Shown here piece after piece: positions 33,577 through 43,775 of a stretch of 56,411 bases of DNA. The translations under genes and the position numbers were made by a program. Numbering within the stretch: position 1 is the stretch's first letter; each line of letters starts with the position of its first letter. Origin of the DNA: a virus (Duplodnaviria; Caudoviricetes); IMG/VR virus record IMGVR_UViG_3300032893_000056, positions 1 to 56,411 of that record; one strand, 5' to 3'. The notes beneath the pieces are model-generated. The model was given only the letters and a program-made list of their open reading frames with translations, was not told where the DNA came from and did not search any database.

Positions 33577-34359
33577 ATGAGCGAAGAAATCCAAGCCTCC
33601 CAAAACGAAGGCACAGCAGTTCCCGGTGAATTTACCCCAACTCAACAAGAGGCAATTAGCCAAGGTTGGGTGCCCAAGGAAGAGTATGAAGGTGATCCGG
33701 AAAAATGGGTAGATGCCGGTGAATTTGTCCGCCGCGGTGAACTATTCCGTAAGATTGAATCTCAATCCAAGGAACTCAAGGATGTGCGAAAGGCCCTTGC
33801 AGAACTGGCTAAGCACAATTCCAAAATTCGAGAGATTGAGTATCAACGTGCTCTCGACGCTCTTAAGCAAGAGAAGAAGCTAGCTCTTAATGAAGGTGAT
33901 GCAGATCGAGTTGTAGATATCGATGAAAAGATCGATCTCGTAAAGACACAACAACGCCAAGACCAACAAGCGGCTGTGCAGGCAGCAGTGCCTCAAGAAG
34001 TCCATCCTGAGTTGAAGAACTGGATTAACCGCAATGGTTGGTATGAAACGACTCCCTCAATGCGAGGCTGGGCAGATGCCCGAGGTGTTGAACTTGCACA
34101 AGAAGGCAAGTCTCCCAATGAAGTCCTTAGCATTCTGGAACGGGAAGTCAAAACTCGCTTCAGTGAAAAGTTCCACAACCCTAACAGGGAAAGGCCCGCT
34201 GCGGTAGAGGCTCCGGCCCGTACCCGTGGTACTAAGGCAGAGCCCGAATACGAGTTGTCGGATGTTGAGAAACAAGTTATGAATACTCTCATTCGCCAAG
34301 GTGTGATGACGAAAGAGAAGTATATTGCCGATCTCAAGGCAATCAAGGAAAAGAATTAA
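33577..34359 (+). CDS. Head scaffolding protein (probable)
   Basis: A..QGW.PKEE..GDPEKWVDA.EFV; coiled coil; W...N.W; position before the capsid genes. Confidence 0.7.
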   Translation: MSEEIQASQNEGTAVPGEFTPTQQEAISQGWVPKEEYEGDPEKWVDAGEFVRRGELFRKIESQSKELKDVRKALAELAKHNSKIREIEYQRALDALKQEKKLALNEGDADRVVDIDEKIDLVKTQQRQDQQAAVQAAVPQEVHPELKNWINRNGWYETTPSMRGWADARGVELAQEGKSPNEVLSILEREVKTRFSEKFHNPNRERPAAVEAPARTRGTKAEPEYELSDVEKQVMNTLIRQGVMTKEKYIADLKAIKEKN

Positions 34360-34377
34360 TCCCAGAGGATCAACGAA

Positions 34378-34815
34378 ATGAACCGTAGAAACGCTAATAC
34401 ATCGGTAGACTCGAATGTGGTTGCGGAGGCGCGACCGAAACGGATTGCAGTTGGTTTGCGTCCGAAACTGGCTCTCATTGGAAAAGACCCCAACTACGAA
34501 TATCGTTATGTGAATGATACTCCGGGTCGTATTTCAATGTTTAAACAAGGTGGTTGGGAACTCGTGACTAATCATGAGGTAGACACCGGTAACTTCCGTG
34601 CAGAAGATGCATCGGAACTCGGTAGTCTGGCTTATTCGATTGTCGATAGCGGTACTGGACTGAAGGCTTATGTCATGAAGATTCGAAAAGAGTGGTATGA
34701 TGAATTCATGCAAGAGGCTGAACAGGAAGTCCACCGAACTGAGGAAACCCTTCGCCCTAATGATAACGATGGCGGATATGGCTCTGTTAAAATTGATCGT
34801 TCTGGTCGAAAGTAA
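34378..34815 (+). CDS. Head-module hypothetical protein
   Basis: Y.YR.VND..GRI..F...GWE.V..MKI..EWY. Confidence 0.65.
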   Translation: MNRRNANTSVDSNVVAEARPKRIAVGLRPKLALIGKDPNYEYRYVNDTPGRISMFKQGGWELVTNHEVDTGNFRAEDASELGSLAYSIVDSGTGLKAYVMKIRKEWYDEFMQEAEQEVHRTEETLRPNDNDGGYGSVKIDRSGRK

Positions 34816-34861
34816 AACATCCGTTAGCCATCTATATATTTAACCTAAATGGAGTTTATAA

Positions 34862-35476
34862 ATGGCTAACGTTAGTCGCCCGAATGGCCTCCGTCCGGTG
34901 AAGCATATTAACGGTTCCCCCTTCAATGGTCAAGTGAACCGCTATTACGCTGCTTCTACGGATGGCACGGCTATTTTCAATGGTGATCTGGTAACCCTCG
35001 CGGCAGTCACCGAAAACCCCGGTGCTACACTTCTGGGTGGTTTTAATGCAACTGTTGGTGGTACCCAAGGTGTGACCAAAGCTACGCTTGGTGCAGGTAA
35101 TCCTGTGGTTGGTGTTGCTGTTGGTTTTATGATTAATCCCCTTAACTTGAATACGCCGCAGTATCGTACGGCTTCGACGGCAATGTATGTTCTCGTTGCG
35201 GACAATCCGGATACCGTGTTTGAAATTCAATCCCAAGTCGCTCCGACGCCTACGGATCTGAATAGCAATGCAGTGGTTACGGATGGTGGTGGTTCGACTA
35301 CGACTGGTCTTTCGGGTCAATATATCAGTTCGTACAACACTGGTGCAACGAACCAGCTTAAGGTTGTTGGTGCAGTTCAACGTGTTGACAACGATATCAC
35401 GTCGGCAAATTACAAGGTTCTTGTTGTGCTTAATAACCACCAGTATAACGGTGGCACCGGCACGGCTGGCGTCTAA
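34862..35476 (+). CDS. Capsid-associated (decoration/cement-like) protein
   Basis: MAN...P.GLRPV..IF.GD.V..V.D.PD..FEIQ; directly upstream of the MCP. Confidence 0.65.
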   Translation: MANVSRPNGLRPVKHINGSPFNGQVNRYYAASTDGTAIFNGDLVTLAAVTENPGATLLGGFNATVGGTQGVTKATLGAGNPVVGVAVGFMINPLNLNTPQYRTASTAMYVLVADNPDTVFEIQSQVAPTPTDLNSNAVVTDGGGSTTTGLSGQYISSYNTGATNQLKVVGAVQRVDNDITSANYKVLVVLNNHQYNGGTGTAGV

Positions 35477-35491
35477 TAGGAGGATTAAAAA

Positions 35492-36406
35492 ATGCCCGGT
35501 CTTATTAATAGTAGTTCATTTGCCAAGGCCCTTTGGCCCGGTGTAAATACATGGTATGGTAAGTCGTATGATGAGTATCCGGTTGAGTGGGACAAACTCT
35601 TCGAAAAGTTTACCTCGCGTAAGCAGTATGAAGAAGATGTTGGTATCTCGTCTTTTGGTCTTGCTTCGGTGAAACCGGAAGGTTCGGCTATCACGTATGA
35701 TGGTGAAAACCAAGCGTTCACGACTCGCTATACGCACGTTGTGTATGCTCTTGGCTTCCAGATCACGCGTGAAATTATGGAAGATGATCAGTATGACGTG
35801 GTTGGTCAGCGTCGTGCTCAAGGTCTTGCATTCTCGATCCGCCAGACGAAGGAAGTGGTTGGTGCCAACGTGTACAATCGGGCCTTCAACTCGTCGTATG
35901 TTGGTGGTGATGGCGTCTCGATGATCAATGCATCGCACCCGAACTTCGCTGGTGGTACGTGGTCGAATCAGATCGCTACCGCAGCCGACCTTTCGGAAGC
36001 GGCCCTTGAACAAGCTTGTATTGACATTGCCAACTTCACGAACGATCGTGGTCTGCGTATTGCTGTTCGTCCGGAATCGCTTATTCTTCCGATTCAACTT
36101 GAATTTGAAGCTGAGCGTATCCTGAAGACAGAGCGGCGTGTTGGTTCGAATCTGAACGACATCAATGCAATCCGTGAGACGGGTCGTTTCCCGAAGGGCA
36201 TCGTCCTTAACCACTACTTCACGAATCCGCTTGCTTGGTTCATCCGCACGGATGTGAAGAATAGTCTGAAGATGTTTGAGCGTCGTGGTGACGAATTCGA
36301 GATGGATAACGACTTCGATACTGAAAATGCTCGCTTCAAGGCAACGTCGCGTTATAGCTTTGGTTGGACTGATCCGCGTGGTATCTACGGTTCGGCTGGC
36401 GTCTAA
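35492..36406 (+). CDS. Major capsid protein (Mu gpT-like HK97 fold)
   Basis: L.PG....G..Y, EE.V..S.FG.A.VK.EG..I.YD, A.GF.IT.E..EDD.Y, GGDG....HP, RYSFGW.DPRG.YGS.G; biased codons; AGGAGG RBS. Confidence 0.88.
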   Translation: MPGLINSSSFAKALWPGVNTWYGKSYDEYPVEWDKLFEKFTSRKQYEEDVGISSFGLASVKPEGSAITYDGENQAFTTRYTHVVYALGFQITREIMEDDQYDVVGQRRAQGLAFSIRQTKEVVGANVYNRAFNSSYVGGDGVSMINASHPNFAGGTWSNQIATAADLSEAALEQACIDIANFTNDRGLRIAVRPESLILPIQLEFEAERILKTERRVGSNLNDINAIRETGRFPKGIVLNHYFTNPLAWFIRTDVKNSLKMFERRGDEFEMDNDFDTENARFKATSRYSFGWTDPRGIYGSAGV

Positions 36407-36415
36407 TCTGAATCC

Positions 36416-36436
36416 GGGGCCTCTTCGGGGGCTCCT
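36416..36436 (+). terminator. Hairpin after the capsid gene
   Basis: GGGGCCTC-TTCG-GGGGCTCC, weak U-tract. Confidence 0.55.
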
Positions 36437-36452
36437 TAATGGAGAAATTTAA

Positions 36453-36932
36453 ATGGGTATTAAAAATGTAGCTGATCTCGTTCAGCTCAACCCCAGTTTC
36501 CCGGATGCCCTGAACCCGGTTCGCAAATCGTATCTGGTAGTTCCCTTTCAGGTTCTGCGCACGAATACGACTGCTACGAAGATCGCTGTTCTTCCGGCGG
36601 ATGCAACGATTCTTGGTATTCGGATGTACAGTACGACGGCATCCAATGCTGGTACGACGGCCACGATTGCTCTTACCGGCCAAGGTGTTGGTCCTTCGGG
36701 TCAAGCAATGAACTTTGGTACGTTCAACGTTCTTGCTGCCGGTGGTTTGACTCCGGGGACGGTGCTGTTGAATACGACGGTTGGTCCCTCGGGTACTGGT
36801 GTTTACAATCTGGAACGTGCTCCAGCAGTACAAACGCAAGGCGACATGATCATCTATGCAACGTACGCGGAAACGGGTACGGCTTCGAGCACGGGTGGTC
36901 CGTGGTATTTTGTGATTGAGTATGTGAGGTAA
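36453..36932 (+). CDS. Virion structural protein
   Basis: Beta-rich T/G/A composition, directly after the MCP. Confidence 0.65.
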   Translation: MGIKNVADLVQLNPSFPDALNPVRKSYLVVPFQVLRTNTTATKIAVLPADATILGIRMYSTTASNAGTTATIALTGQGVGPSGQAMNFGTFNVLAAGGLTPGTVLLNTTVGPSGTGVYNLERAPAVQTQGDMIIYATYAETGTASSTGGPWYFVIEYVR

Positions 36933-36963
36933 TGGGAGGGGGCTACGGCCCCCATCCCTACTT

Positions 36964-37413
36964 ATGGCACTCGATAACGGAAAAATTGCATGGAAAATTG
37001 GATCGAATGATCTGATTGTTCCTGATCGAAAGCCGATTCTTTATGCATCGGTTGTTCTTAATGCCGCGTCAGGAACAACTCCTGTTACGCTGATTACAGG
37101 TTCACCTTATTATTATATCACGCGTCTTTTGGTATCTATCGATCCCACCTGTACGACTTCTGGTGGTGGTATTGTAGCGGTGAATTTTACTGATTCCGCT
37201 TTTGGTCTCATTGGTTCCGCACGCGGATATTGCCCGGCTTCCTTTACTGCTCCTACAATGGCCATCGCATCTACCATTGTTGAATCTGGTACGGGCTACT
37301 ATTTCAACTCGACGACGGTGGGTTCTACCCTTTCGGTGGCTCTCAATAACGCACTTACTGCTGGTTCGTATCGGGTGGCAATTAATTATGGTCTTACTAA
37401 CTATACGGCTTAA
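36964..37413 (+). CDS. Virion structural protein
   Basis: Beta-rich; preceded by a GC hairpin at 36934-36957. Confidence 0.6.
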   Translation: MALDNGKIAWKIGSNDLIVPDRKPILYASVVLNAASGTTPVTLITGSPYYYITRLLVSIDPTCTTSGGGIVAVNFTDSAFGLIGSARGYCPASFTAPTMAIASTIVESGTGYYFNSTTVGSTLSVALNNALTAGSYRVAINYGLTNYTA

Positions 37414-37418
37414 ATATC

Positions 37419-37733
37419 ATGAGACGAATCACTGAAACAGTTACCGGCGTTGGTACGTCGCCTATCCTGCCGATGGATTATCGGTCACAAGTATTTAATG
37501 TCGGGTTCGGCTGTGAAGTTACCGGTTCTGCTACCTACACAGTCCAACATACCTTTGATGACATTTACAATACGGCAATCACTCCCGTGTGGTTCAACCA
37601 TGCCTTTGTCGCAGGCGCGACTACGAATATGGATGGTAACTATGCATTCCCTATTGCCGCTATGCGCTTGAATATTACTGCCGGCACTGGTAGTGTCACG
37701 ATCAATATCCTGAGCACCTCTGGTCAAGGCTAA
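37419..37733 (+). CDS. Virion structural protein
   Basis: YTVQHTFDD..WF.H..GNYAFP..A.RL. Confidence 0.65.
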   Translation: MRRITETVTGVGTSPILPMDYRSQVFNVGFGCEVTGSATYTVQHTFDDIYNTAITPVWFNHAFVAGATTNMDGNYAFPIAAMRLNITAGTGSVTINILSTSGQG

Positions 37734-37735
37734 GT

Positions 37736-38953
37736 ATGACAATATCCATTTATTCCGGGGTTACTGCTTCGGGTGGATCAGGATCGGGATCATCATATAA
37801 ATATACGACCGGGACTACTTATACCGGACTGGTAGCTACACGCTGCAAGGCGGCGACTGCTGGTAATCAAGGCGTGCTGCAACATATGGCCCGCTCAATT
37901 CACGTAGCACGAACTAATATCACCCAGATTGGTGTTGCTGTTGCTAATTGGTATGTTAGTTCGACATATGAGTTCAGCGGCGGAGCCGATTGTACTGTTA
38001 AAGTCAGCATTGAGTATCCACTAGGCGGTACGATTTATCCCCTCACTTTTGGCGGAAATGCGACCGGACTCGTCTATAATCTGACCACTCTCATGAGTGA
38101 TCTGGCAAATGTGAATATTCCCAATGGAGCGACTTTTGCAGTTCGGGAATACCGAGTTTGTAACTCTGGAGGTTCTCCGGTTTGTAATGGTGGCAGTGAG
38201 AATATGTTTCTCGATCAGACCAATGGAGAATGTTATGCACAGGGTAATAGCCTAAGTGATTTGACTGGCGTTCCCGGTACGTTTGCTAATACCGGAAATA
38301 TGATCACTCTTGCGTTTTATCGCCCTGTGGCGATATTTGGCCCAACGACAGTTCCAAGTTATGCCCTTTGTGGTGCAAGTGCTACTGAAGGATATATGGA
38401 TCAATATAATGGGTCATGGGATTGTGGATTGGTTGCTCGTACAATCGGTCCAATTCGTGCTTATACGAATCTTGGACGCGGCGGAGAGACGATTCAGAAT
38501 GTCACGGATACGGGTAATTTTTCGCTCCGGGCACAAATTGTTAAAGCCTTTTGCACACACATGACATGTGACTATGGTGCTAATGACTTTATAGCCGGTG
38601 CAAATGCCCAAAATACTCTAGCACGACTTCTAAAATTTCGTGCTATGTTTCCAGAGAAGTATTTCTACTATGTTACTAGTTGTCCTGATACTACTTCAAC
38701 TGATGGTTGGACGACAGTTGTTAATCAGACTGTGGAGACTGGAGCAAGTGAGCGAGTAGAATACAATAACTATGTTCGGGCAAATACCAGTTGGGCCGGA
38801 AGTAATTTTGATGGTGTCTATGACACTACTCCCATCACGGAGTCTTCAATTAACTCATCGAAATGGGTACCGGGACTGACCACAGATGGGGACCATCCGA
38901 CACCCGCAGGCTATGCAGCTATCGCCGCATCAGGTATTATCAAGGTAATGTAG
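37736..38953 (+). CDS. SGNH/GDSL esterase-domain virion (spike) protein
   Basis: Blocks GAS.TEG, N.G.GG, YGAND, DGDHP. Confidence 0.75.
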   Translation: MTISIYSGVTASGGSGSGSSYKYTTGTTYTGLVATRCKAATAGNQGVLQHMARSIHVARTNITQIGVAVANWYVSSTYEFSGGADCTVKVSIEYPLGGTIYPLTFGGNATGLVYNLTTLMSDLANVNIPNGATFAVREYRVCNSGGSPVCNGGSENMFLDQTNGECYAQGNSLSDLTGVPGTFANTGNMITLAFYRPVAIFGPTTVPSYALCGASATEGYMDQYNGSWDCGLVARTIGPIRAYTNLGRGGETIQNVTDTGNFSLRAQIVKAFCTHMTCDYGANDFIAGANAQNTLARLLKFRAMFPEKYFYYVTSCPDTTSTDGWTTVVNQTVETGASERVEYNNYVRANTSWAGSNFDGVYDTTPITESSINSSKWVPGLTTDGDHPTPAGYAAIAASGIIKVM

Positions 38954-38954
38954 C

Positions 38955-39128
38955 ATGACTTCTAATGTCACTATTGTTCCTCATGTGGAAGAAGGCTCTG
39001 GTGTTACACAGTATCCGAGTGTGACTGAATATCTTTCAACCACATCGGGAGCAACTCCCGGATATCTGAATCTAATGTCTAGTGGCATTCTTTTGTTGAT
39101 GACTAACGGTGGCGTTCTTCTAGTATAA
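38955..39128 (+). CDS. Small tail-associated protein (57 aa)
   Basis: Read manually: MTSNVTIVPHVEEGSG...LLLMTNGGVLLV. Confidence 0.55.
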   Translation: MTSNVTIVPHVEEGSGVTQYPSVTEYLSTTSGATPGYLNLMSSGILLLMTNGGVLLV

Positions 39129-39140
39129 TTAAGGTATAAT

Positions 39141-40181
39141 ATGGCAGCTAATCAAAATGTAACACAACTTACACAGCAGAGCGGGACTGCCGATACTACG
39201 TCTCTATTTTATGCTGTGACTAATAGCACCACCGATACTGGTCTTCCTTTGTCTGTGCTTGTTCATAGTTTAGGACTTACCGGCACTCCTACAGCACCCA
39301 CAGCCTCTCCCGGAACGAACACTACACAAATCGCAACTACGGCTTATGTAGCAACTAGTTATGCTCCATTGGCCTCACCCACGTTTACAGGAACTGTGAC
39401 GATTCCTAGTGGAGCATCTATTGCAGGATATTTGACTTCTGCACTGGCAGCTTCCACATATGCCCCATTATCTAGTCCTACGTTTACTGGCACAGTAACT
39501 ACAAATAACTTAACGGCCTCTGGTGCTTTGACCGGGTTTGTTGGCCGACTATTAAACGTTCAAGTTTTTACTGCAAGTGGTACTTATACACCTACAACTG
39601 GTACAAACTCGATTATTGTAGATGTCGTAGGTGGTGGTGGTTCAGGTGGGGGTGTCGCCTCGACTTCATCTTCACAGTGGGCTTCTGCGTCTGGAGGTGG
39701 GGGTGGTTCTTGGGCGCGTTCCCGACTAACTTCGGGATTTTCTGGCGCGACGGTGACTGTTGGTGCAGGCGGTGCGGCACCTTCTGCTGGCGCGAACAAT
39801 GGTAATGCTGGTGGAACATCTTCATTTGGTGCGGGAATTAGTGCTCCTGGTGGAAGTGCTGGTAGTGGGCTAGTTGCATTTTCGGCGGCTTTTGTTAATC
39901 CAGCGGCACAAAATGCAGTAGCAACTGGCGGCACAATTGTTAACAGTAATGGTCAAACTCCTGCACCTGCTATTGGTTTGGGACTTACTGCTACTGTTTC
40001 TGGGGGTGGAGGTAACTCTCCCTATGGTTCGGGAGGACAACCCCGAGCCGGATCTGGTGCTGGTATTGCCGGAACAGGTTATGGTTCGGGCGGTGGAGGA
40101 GCAAATGCTAATGCAAGTGCTTCCGCCGCAGCCGGAGCCGCTGGACAAGGCGGAATTGTTGTTGTTTACGAATACTCCTAA
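39141..40181 (+). CDS. Tail fibre with glycine-rich domain
   Basis: GTPTAPTA..GTNTTQIATTA, YAPL.SPTFTGTVT repeated twice, FTASGTYTP, GGGGG tracts, G..GIVVVYEY. Confidence 0.8.
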   Translation: MAANQNVTQLTQQSGTADTTSLFYAVTNSTTDTGLPLSVLVHSLGLTGTPTAPTASPGTNTTQIATTAYVATSYAPLASPTFTGTVTIPSGASIAGYLTSALAASTYAPLSSPTFTGTVTTNNLTASGALTGFVGRLLNVQVFTASGTYTPTTGTNSIIVDVVGGGGSGGGVASTSSSQWASASGGGGGSWARSRLTSGFSGATVTVGAGGAAPSAGANNGNAGGTSSFGAGISAPGGSAGSGLVAFSAAFVNPAAQNAVATGGTIVNSNGQTPAPAIGLGLTATVSGGGGNSPYGSGGQPRAGSGAGIAGTGYGSGGGGANANASASAAAGAAGQGGIVVVYEYS

Positions 40182-40183
40182 TC

Positions 40184-40627
40184 ATGGCTCGTAATTGGTT
40201 TAAAAATGGTGAGTGGAATGTTTGGTGTATGGTTTGTAATCGAAAGATTAAATCCGGCATTGCACTCAAACGTTGGGATGGACTAATTGTCTGCCCGGAG
40301 GATTACGAGAATAGACATCCACAAGACTTTATTCGGACCCGACAAGAACGTATAACCGTTCCCTTTGCCGCGCCAACTTCGTTTAATCTGTTCGATGGAC
40401 CTGATTATCCTCAATATCCATATTGCACCGCTACTGGATCTAGTGGTATTCCCACGTACGCCATTGCAGGTTGTATGAGACCCAATTTAGGATTTCCAAA
40501 TGGTCTTCCAACCACACCTGTTGAGATTCCAGATGAACCAAATTATATTGCCTTGTCACTGCTCTCTGGTGGAAATTGGCTTACAGTTAGTGGAAATACT
40601 TTAGTGACGGTGACTTTGGATGACTGA
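40184..40627 (+). CDS. Conserved virion-module protein (Cys motif)
   Basis: G.WN..C.VC..K.K...L..RWDGL.VC..D.E.RHPQDF. Confidence 0.7.
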   Translation: MARNWFKNGEWNVWCMVCNRKIKSGIALKRWDGLIVCPEDYENRHPQDFIRTRQERITVPFAAPTSFNLFDGPDYPQYPYCTATGSSGIPTYAIAGCMRPNLGFPNGLPTTPVEIPDEPNYIALSLLSGGNWLTVSGNTLVTVTLDD

Positions 40628-40820
40628 ACTACATGAACGAATCGCAGCACTTGAAGAACGTGCTGAACTAAAAGAACAACAAATTGAAAAGATTCTAAAG
40701 CATGTAGAATCGATTGATGCTCAATTAAATAAATATAAAGGATTTCTTGGGGCCATCTGGTTTGCAATCTCCTGCGTGGGAATCTTTCTCAGTGGGTGGA
40801 AGTTTCTACATAAAGGGTAA
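40620..40820 (+). CDS. Small coiled-coil + TM protein (holin/antiholin-like)
   Basis: ERIAALEE..YKGF.G + C-terminal TM helix. Confidence 0.55.
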   Translation: MTELHERIAALEERAELKEQQIEKILKHVESIDAQLNKYKGFLGAIWFAISCVGIFLSGWKFLHKG

Positions 40821-41215
40821 TGATTATGAGTATAACTGGTGTTGGTGAAGTCGCTGATTTGGCATCTACCATTGTCAATAAAATTTGGCCCGATAAAACA
40901 GCCCAAGAACAACAAGAAATCGCAGCCGCCGCCGCCATTATTCAAGGCCAATTGAATATCGACAATACCGAAGCCTCCAATCAGAAGATCTTTGTGTCTG
41001 GCTGGAGACCATTTATTGGTTGGATTTGTGGCTCATGTCTTGCCTGGAATTATGTGGGCACTCCACTTGTGACATCAATCATGATAATTCTTGGACATCC
41101 GGTATCAATTCCGCAAGCGGATCTCAGCGAGATGATGCCAATTCTTATCGGTATGTTGGGCCTTGGCGGTATGCGTACGTATGAAAAAATTAATGGGGTA
41201 AGTAGTGGCCACTAA
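40820..41215 (+). CDS. Holin (3TM gene-transfer-release type)
   Basis: KIWPD, N..EA....FVSGWRPFIGW.C, GMLGLGGMRTYEK. Confidence 0.8.
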   Translation: MIMSITGVGEVADLASTIVNKIWPDKTAQEQQEIAAAAAIIQGQLNIDNTEASNQKIFVSGWRPFIGWICGSCLAWNYVGTPLVTSIMIILGHPVSIPQADLSEMMPILIGMLGLGGMRTYEKINGVSSGH

Positions 41216-42695
41216 TCAAACATTTGTAGATTTTGTTACACCTGTCCCTGCCGATTGGTTGAATTATGTTAACACAACTGTCAATGAAAGTATTTCTGTA
41301 AAACAAACAGGTGCTTTTGGTGATGGTGTTCATAATGATACGACTGCCTTTTTGGCAGCAATCGCCACAGGTAAAAATGTCTATGTTCCCCAAGGTACAT
41401 ATAACATCAATCAAACTTTGATTCTGAATAATCAACATTTGTTTGGTGATGGACAAAATACATCATTTATTCGCTGGATTGGAACCAATGTCACCGATAC
41501 TATTATCTATCTGGGGGCTCTGGGAACCGTAAGTAAGGTATATATTTCATTTAACAATGCAGATGGTTCGAGCATTGTTACTGGAACCGAAACATCAGGT
41601 CAACGTGTTTGTATTGATGTGGGTGCCGGACAGTACCCAGTACAACGTGGTGGTGGTGTACATCAAGTAAAATTTGGTGAATGTGGGACGGCATTATTCA
41701 ATTCGTCTAATTCTAATCAGTCGTGTTTTAGTGCCCATTTTTTCGATATTGAATGCCAAAATTTCTCATATGCGGGAATAGAGTTTCTGTCTCCAGTTCG
41801 TACGGGGAATGTCTATTCAAATATCTATTTCAATGCTCCCAAGTGGCCAAACATTACCTATGCATTGTGTCTAGCTGGTGAAGAAAGTGAATCGTCAGTG
41901 GATCAAATTAATATTGAATCCATGACTTGTATTCAGGGTGCATTCTTTTCTGGATGCCGCGCGTTGCGTGTCGGCACGATGCATTTTGAAGAGTGTATCC
42001 TAAGCACCGATAGTTCTGGGTATATTCAGTGGCGAAATTCCGCTGGTCAGATTGATTCATTGACATTTTACTATTGTAACTTTACAACTCCTAATCTGTA
42101 TCTAATTAAACTTGGCGATTCTACCTATACAGGAGCTAATTTTAATCCCAACACTTGTGATTATCTTCGCATTGGAGTGCTTCATTGTAAAGGACTAAAC
42201 AATGGTAATGGAGATAACACCGGCATCGGCAGTTATCCGGGATTCTACTTTATTGCGAGGCCAGCGGGTGCCGCCGGAACGATGTGGTGTCAAATTGATG
42301 CATATGTCTGGAATACCTTTCTGACTGATCAGGCAACCTATGAAGCATTTCCTGCCGATCCACAAGGCAATATTGCACAGATCCGTACAGCAGCAGGTCC
42401 ACTAACGTGGGGTTCTACGATCCCAACTTCTGGCTTTAGTCCGGCTTATTGGAGAGATACTTCAGGGATTGTTCATCAGTTTGGTACATTTTCTGTCGGT
42501 GGAAATGCTACAGTGACGGTATCCTATCCTATTCCGTTCTCGAATCAGGCTTTTTGGGTAAATGCTATGCCTATCGATACTAGTACAAGTTCCACCTATA
42601 GTATCCGGACGAATCCAGTCAATGCCAGTACATTTCAAATTACAAACACAAGTTCTACTACAATTACAGGTCGTTGGGCAAGTGAAGGGATATAA
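41205..42695 (+). CDS. Tail spike, pectate-lyase-like beta-helix
   Basis: SVK..GA.GDG...DT.AF.AAI..V.VP.GTY; C-terminal Q.G....V.YPIPF.N tip domain. Confidence 0.8.
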   Translation: MATNQTFVDFVTPVPADWLNYVNTTVNESISVKQTGAFGDGVHNDTTAFLAAIATGKNVYVPQGTYNINQTLILNNQHLFGDGQNTSFIRWIGTNVTDTIIYLGALGTVSKVYISFNNADGSSIVTGTETSGQRVCIDVGAGQYPVQRGGGVHQVKFGECGTALFNSSNSNQSCFSAHFFDIECQNFSYAGIEFLSPVRTGNVYSNIYFNAPKWPNITYALCLAGEESESSVDQINIESMTCIQGAFFSGCRALRVGTMHFEECILSTDSSGYIQWRNSAGQIDSLTFYYCNFTTPNLYLIKLGDSTYTGANFNPNTCDYLRIGVLHCKGLNNGNGDNTGIGSYPGFYFIARPAGAAGTMWCQIDAYVWNTFLTDQATYEAFPADPQGNIAQIRTAAGPLTWGSTIPTSGFSPAYWRDTSGIVHQFGTFSVGGNATVTVSYPIPFSNQAFWVNAMPIDTSTSSTYSIRTNPVNASTFQITNTSSTTITGRWASEGI

Positions 42696-42697
42696 TC

Positions 42698-43462
42698 ATG
42701 ACTACATCGGGTAATGCCAACTGGAATTATACTAGAGATCAAATAATCAATGCTGCCTATCGTAAGATTGGTATTGGTGTTGATGGTTCCACTGCCACAA
42801 CAACCCAACTCACCAATGCACAAGAGGCACTGAATAATCTAGTATTTTCACTATATGCCATTGGCATGCCTGTGTGGGCCATGACCACGACATATTTTAC
42901 TTTAACTCAAGGGGTATATCAATATCCGGTGGGTACAGGGATTGGAACTGGTAATTTGAATATTGTAGCTCCGCTTAAGATTACACAAGCATGGAATCTG
43001 GATGTGACAGATCCGATGAATACTTATCGGATTCCAATGAACATCTATACTCAATATAATTATAATCTATTGAGTGCTCCACTGGATCAAGGATATCCAA
43101 TCCACCTTTGGTATCAACCCGGCAATCAATCCGGAATGATCAATATTTGGCCTGCTCCGGATTCAGCTAGTGCTCTGTATAGACAAATTTGGTTTGTATA
43201 TCAACGTCCCTTTGATCAATTCAATGCGAGTACGGATACTCCGGATTTTCCTCAAGTATGGATTGAGCCGTTGATTTATTCGTTGGCACACCGTCTTGCC
43301 CCAGAATTTGGCCTTCCTTTGAGTGAAGTCGATAAACTAAATGAGACGGCCAATACATTAATCATGAATGCTCTGAGTTTTGGTACAGAAGAAGGGGCTT
43401 TGTTTATTCAACCAGATTGGGTGGTTATGGGTATGGGACAAGGGAATCCCAATGGATATTAA
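42698..43462 (+). CDS. Head-tail adaptor / tail tubular-like protein
   Basis: MTTSG..F/Y..II..A.RK.G..A..ALN, IWPAPD, DFPQ.W...L.Y.LA..LAPEFG. Confidence 0.7.
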   Translation: MTTSGNANWNYTRDQIINAAYRKIGIGVDGSTATTTQLTNAQEALNNLVFSLYAIGMPVWAMTTTYFTLTQGVYQYPVGTGIGTGNLNIVAPLKITQAWNLDVTDPMNTYRIPMNIYTQYNYNLLSAPLDQGYPIHLWYQPGNQSGMINIWPAPDSASALYRQIWFVYQRPFDQFNASTDTPDFPQVWIEPLIYSLAHRLAPEFGLPLSEVDKLNETANTLIMNALSFGTEEGALFIQPDWVVMGMGQGNPNGY

Positions 43463-43775
43463 TTTTGCTAAATGGTATGCTAAGTTTCGAGGATCGTCAG
43501 TCTTTTTGTGGGGACTTCTGGGTTTTATTGTCTCGTGGTTAGTATTACACTCTATACTTATTTGGTGGGATAAGGATCTAGCTGTCATTAATCTTATCTT
43601 GAGTTCAGAAGCTTCTGTATCTCTGGCCTTTTTTGCTATGATGCAAGAGCAAACTGATATGCAGCACTCAGAGGTAATGAATGTCATCAAACAAATGTTG
43701 GAGCAATCTCAAAAAGTTGACGCAGAGATTCTAGAAACTGTGGAAGATATCGAGGATAAAATCGATGAGCACTAA
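43452..43775 (+). CDS. DUF1003-like membrane protein
   Basis: GS..F......F...W.....D......NL.LS.EA......M.Q, two TM helices. Confidence 0.6.
   Translation: MDINFAKWYAKFRGSSVFLWGLLGFIVSWLVLHSILIWWDKDLAVINLILSSEASVSLAFFAMMQEQTDMQHSEVMNVIKQMLEQSQKVDAEILETVEDIEDKIDEH

Noticed and set aside
36407-36452. Capsid read-through/frameshift extension or a named downstream ncRNA
   Set aside because: Only a simple UUCG hairpin after a TAA stop; no slippery site seen and the next gene has its own RBS
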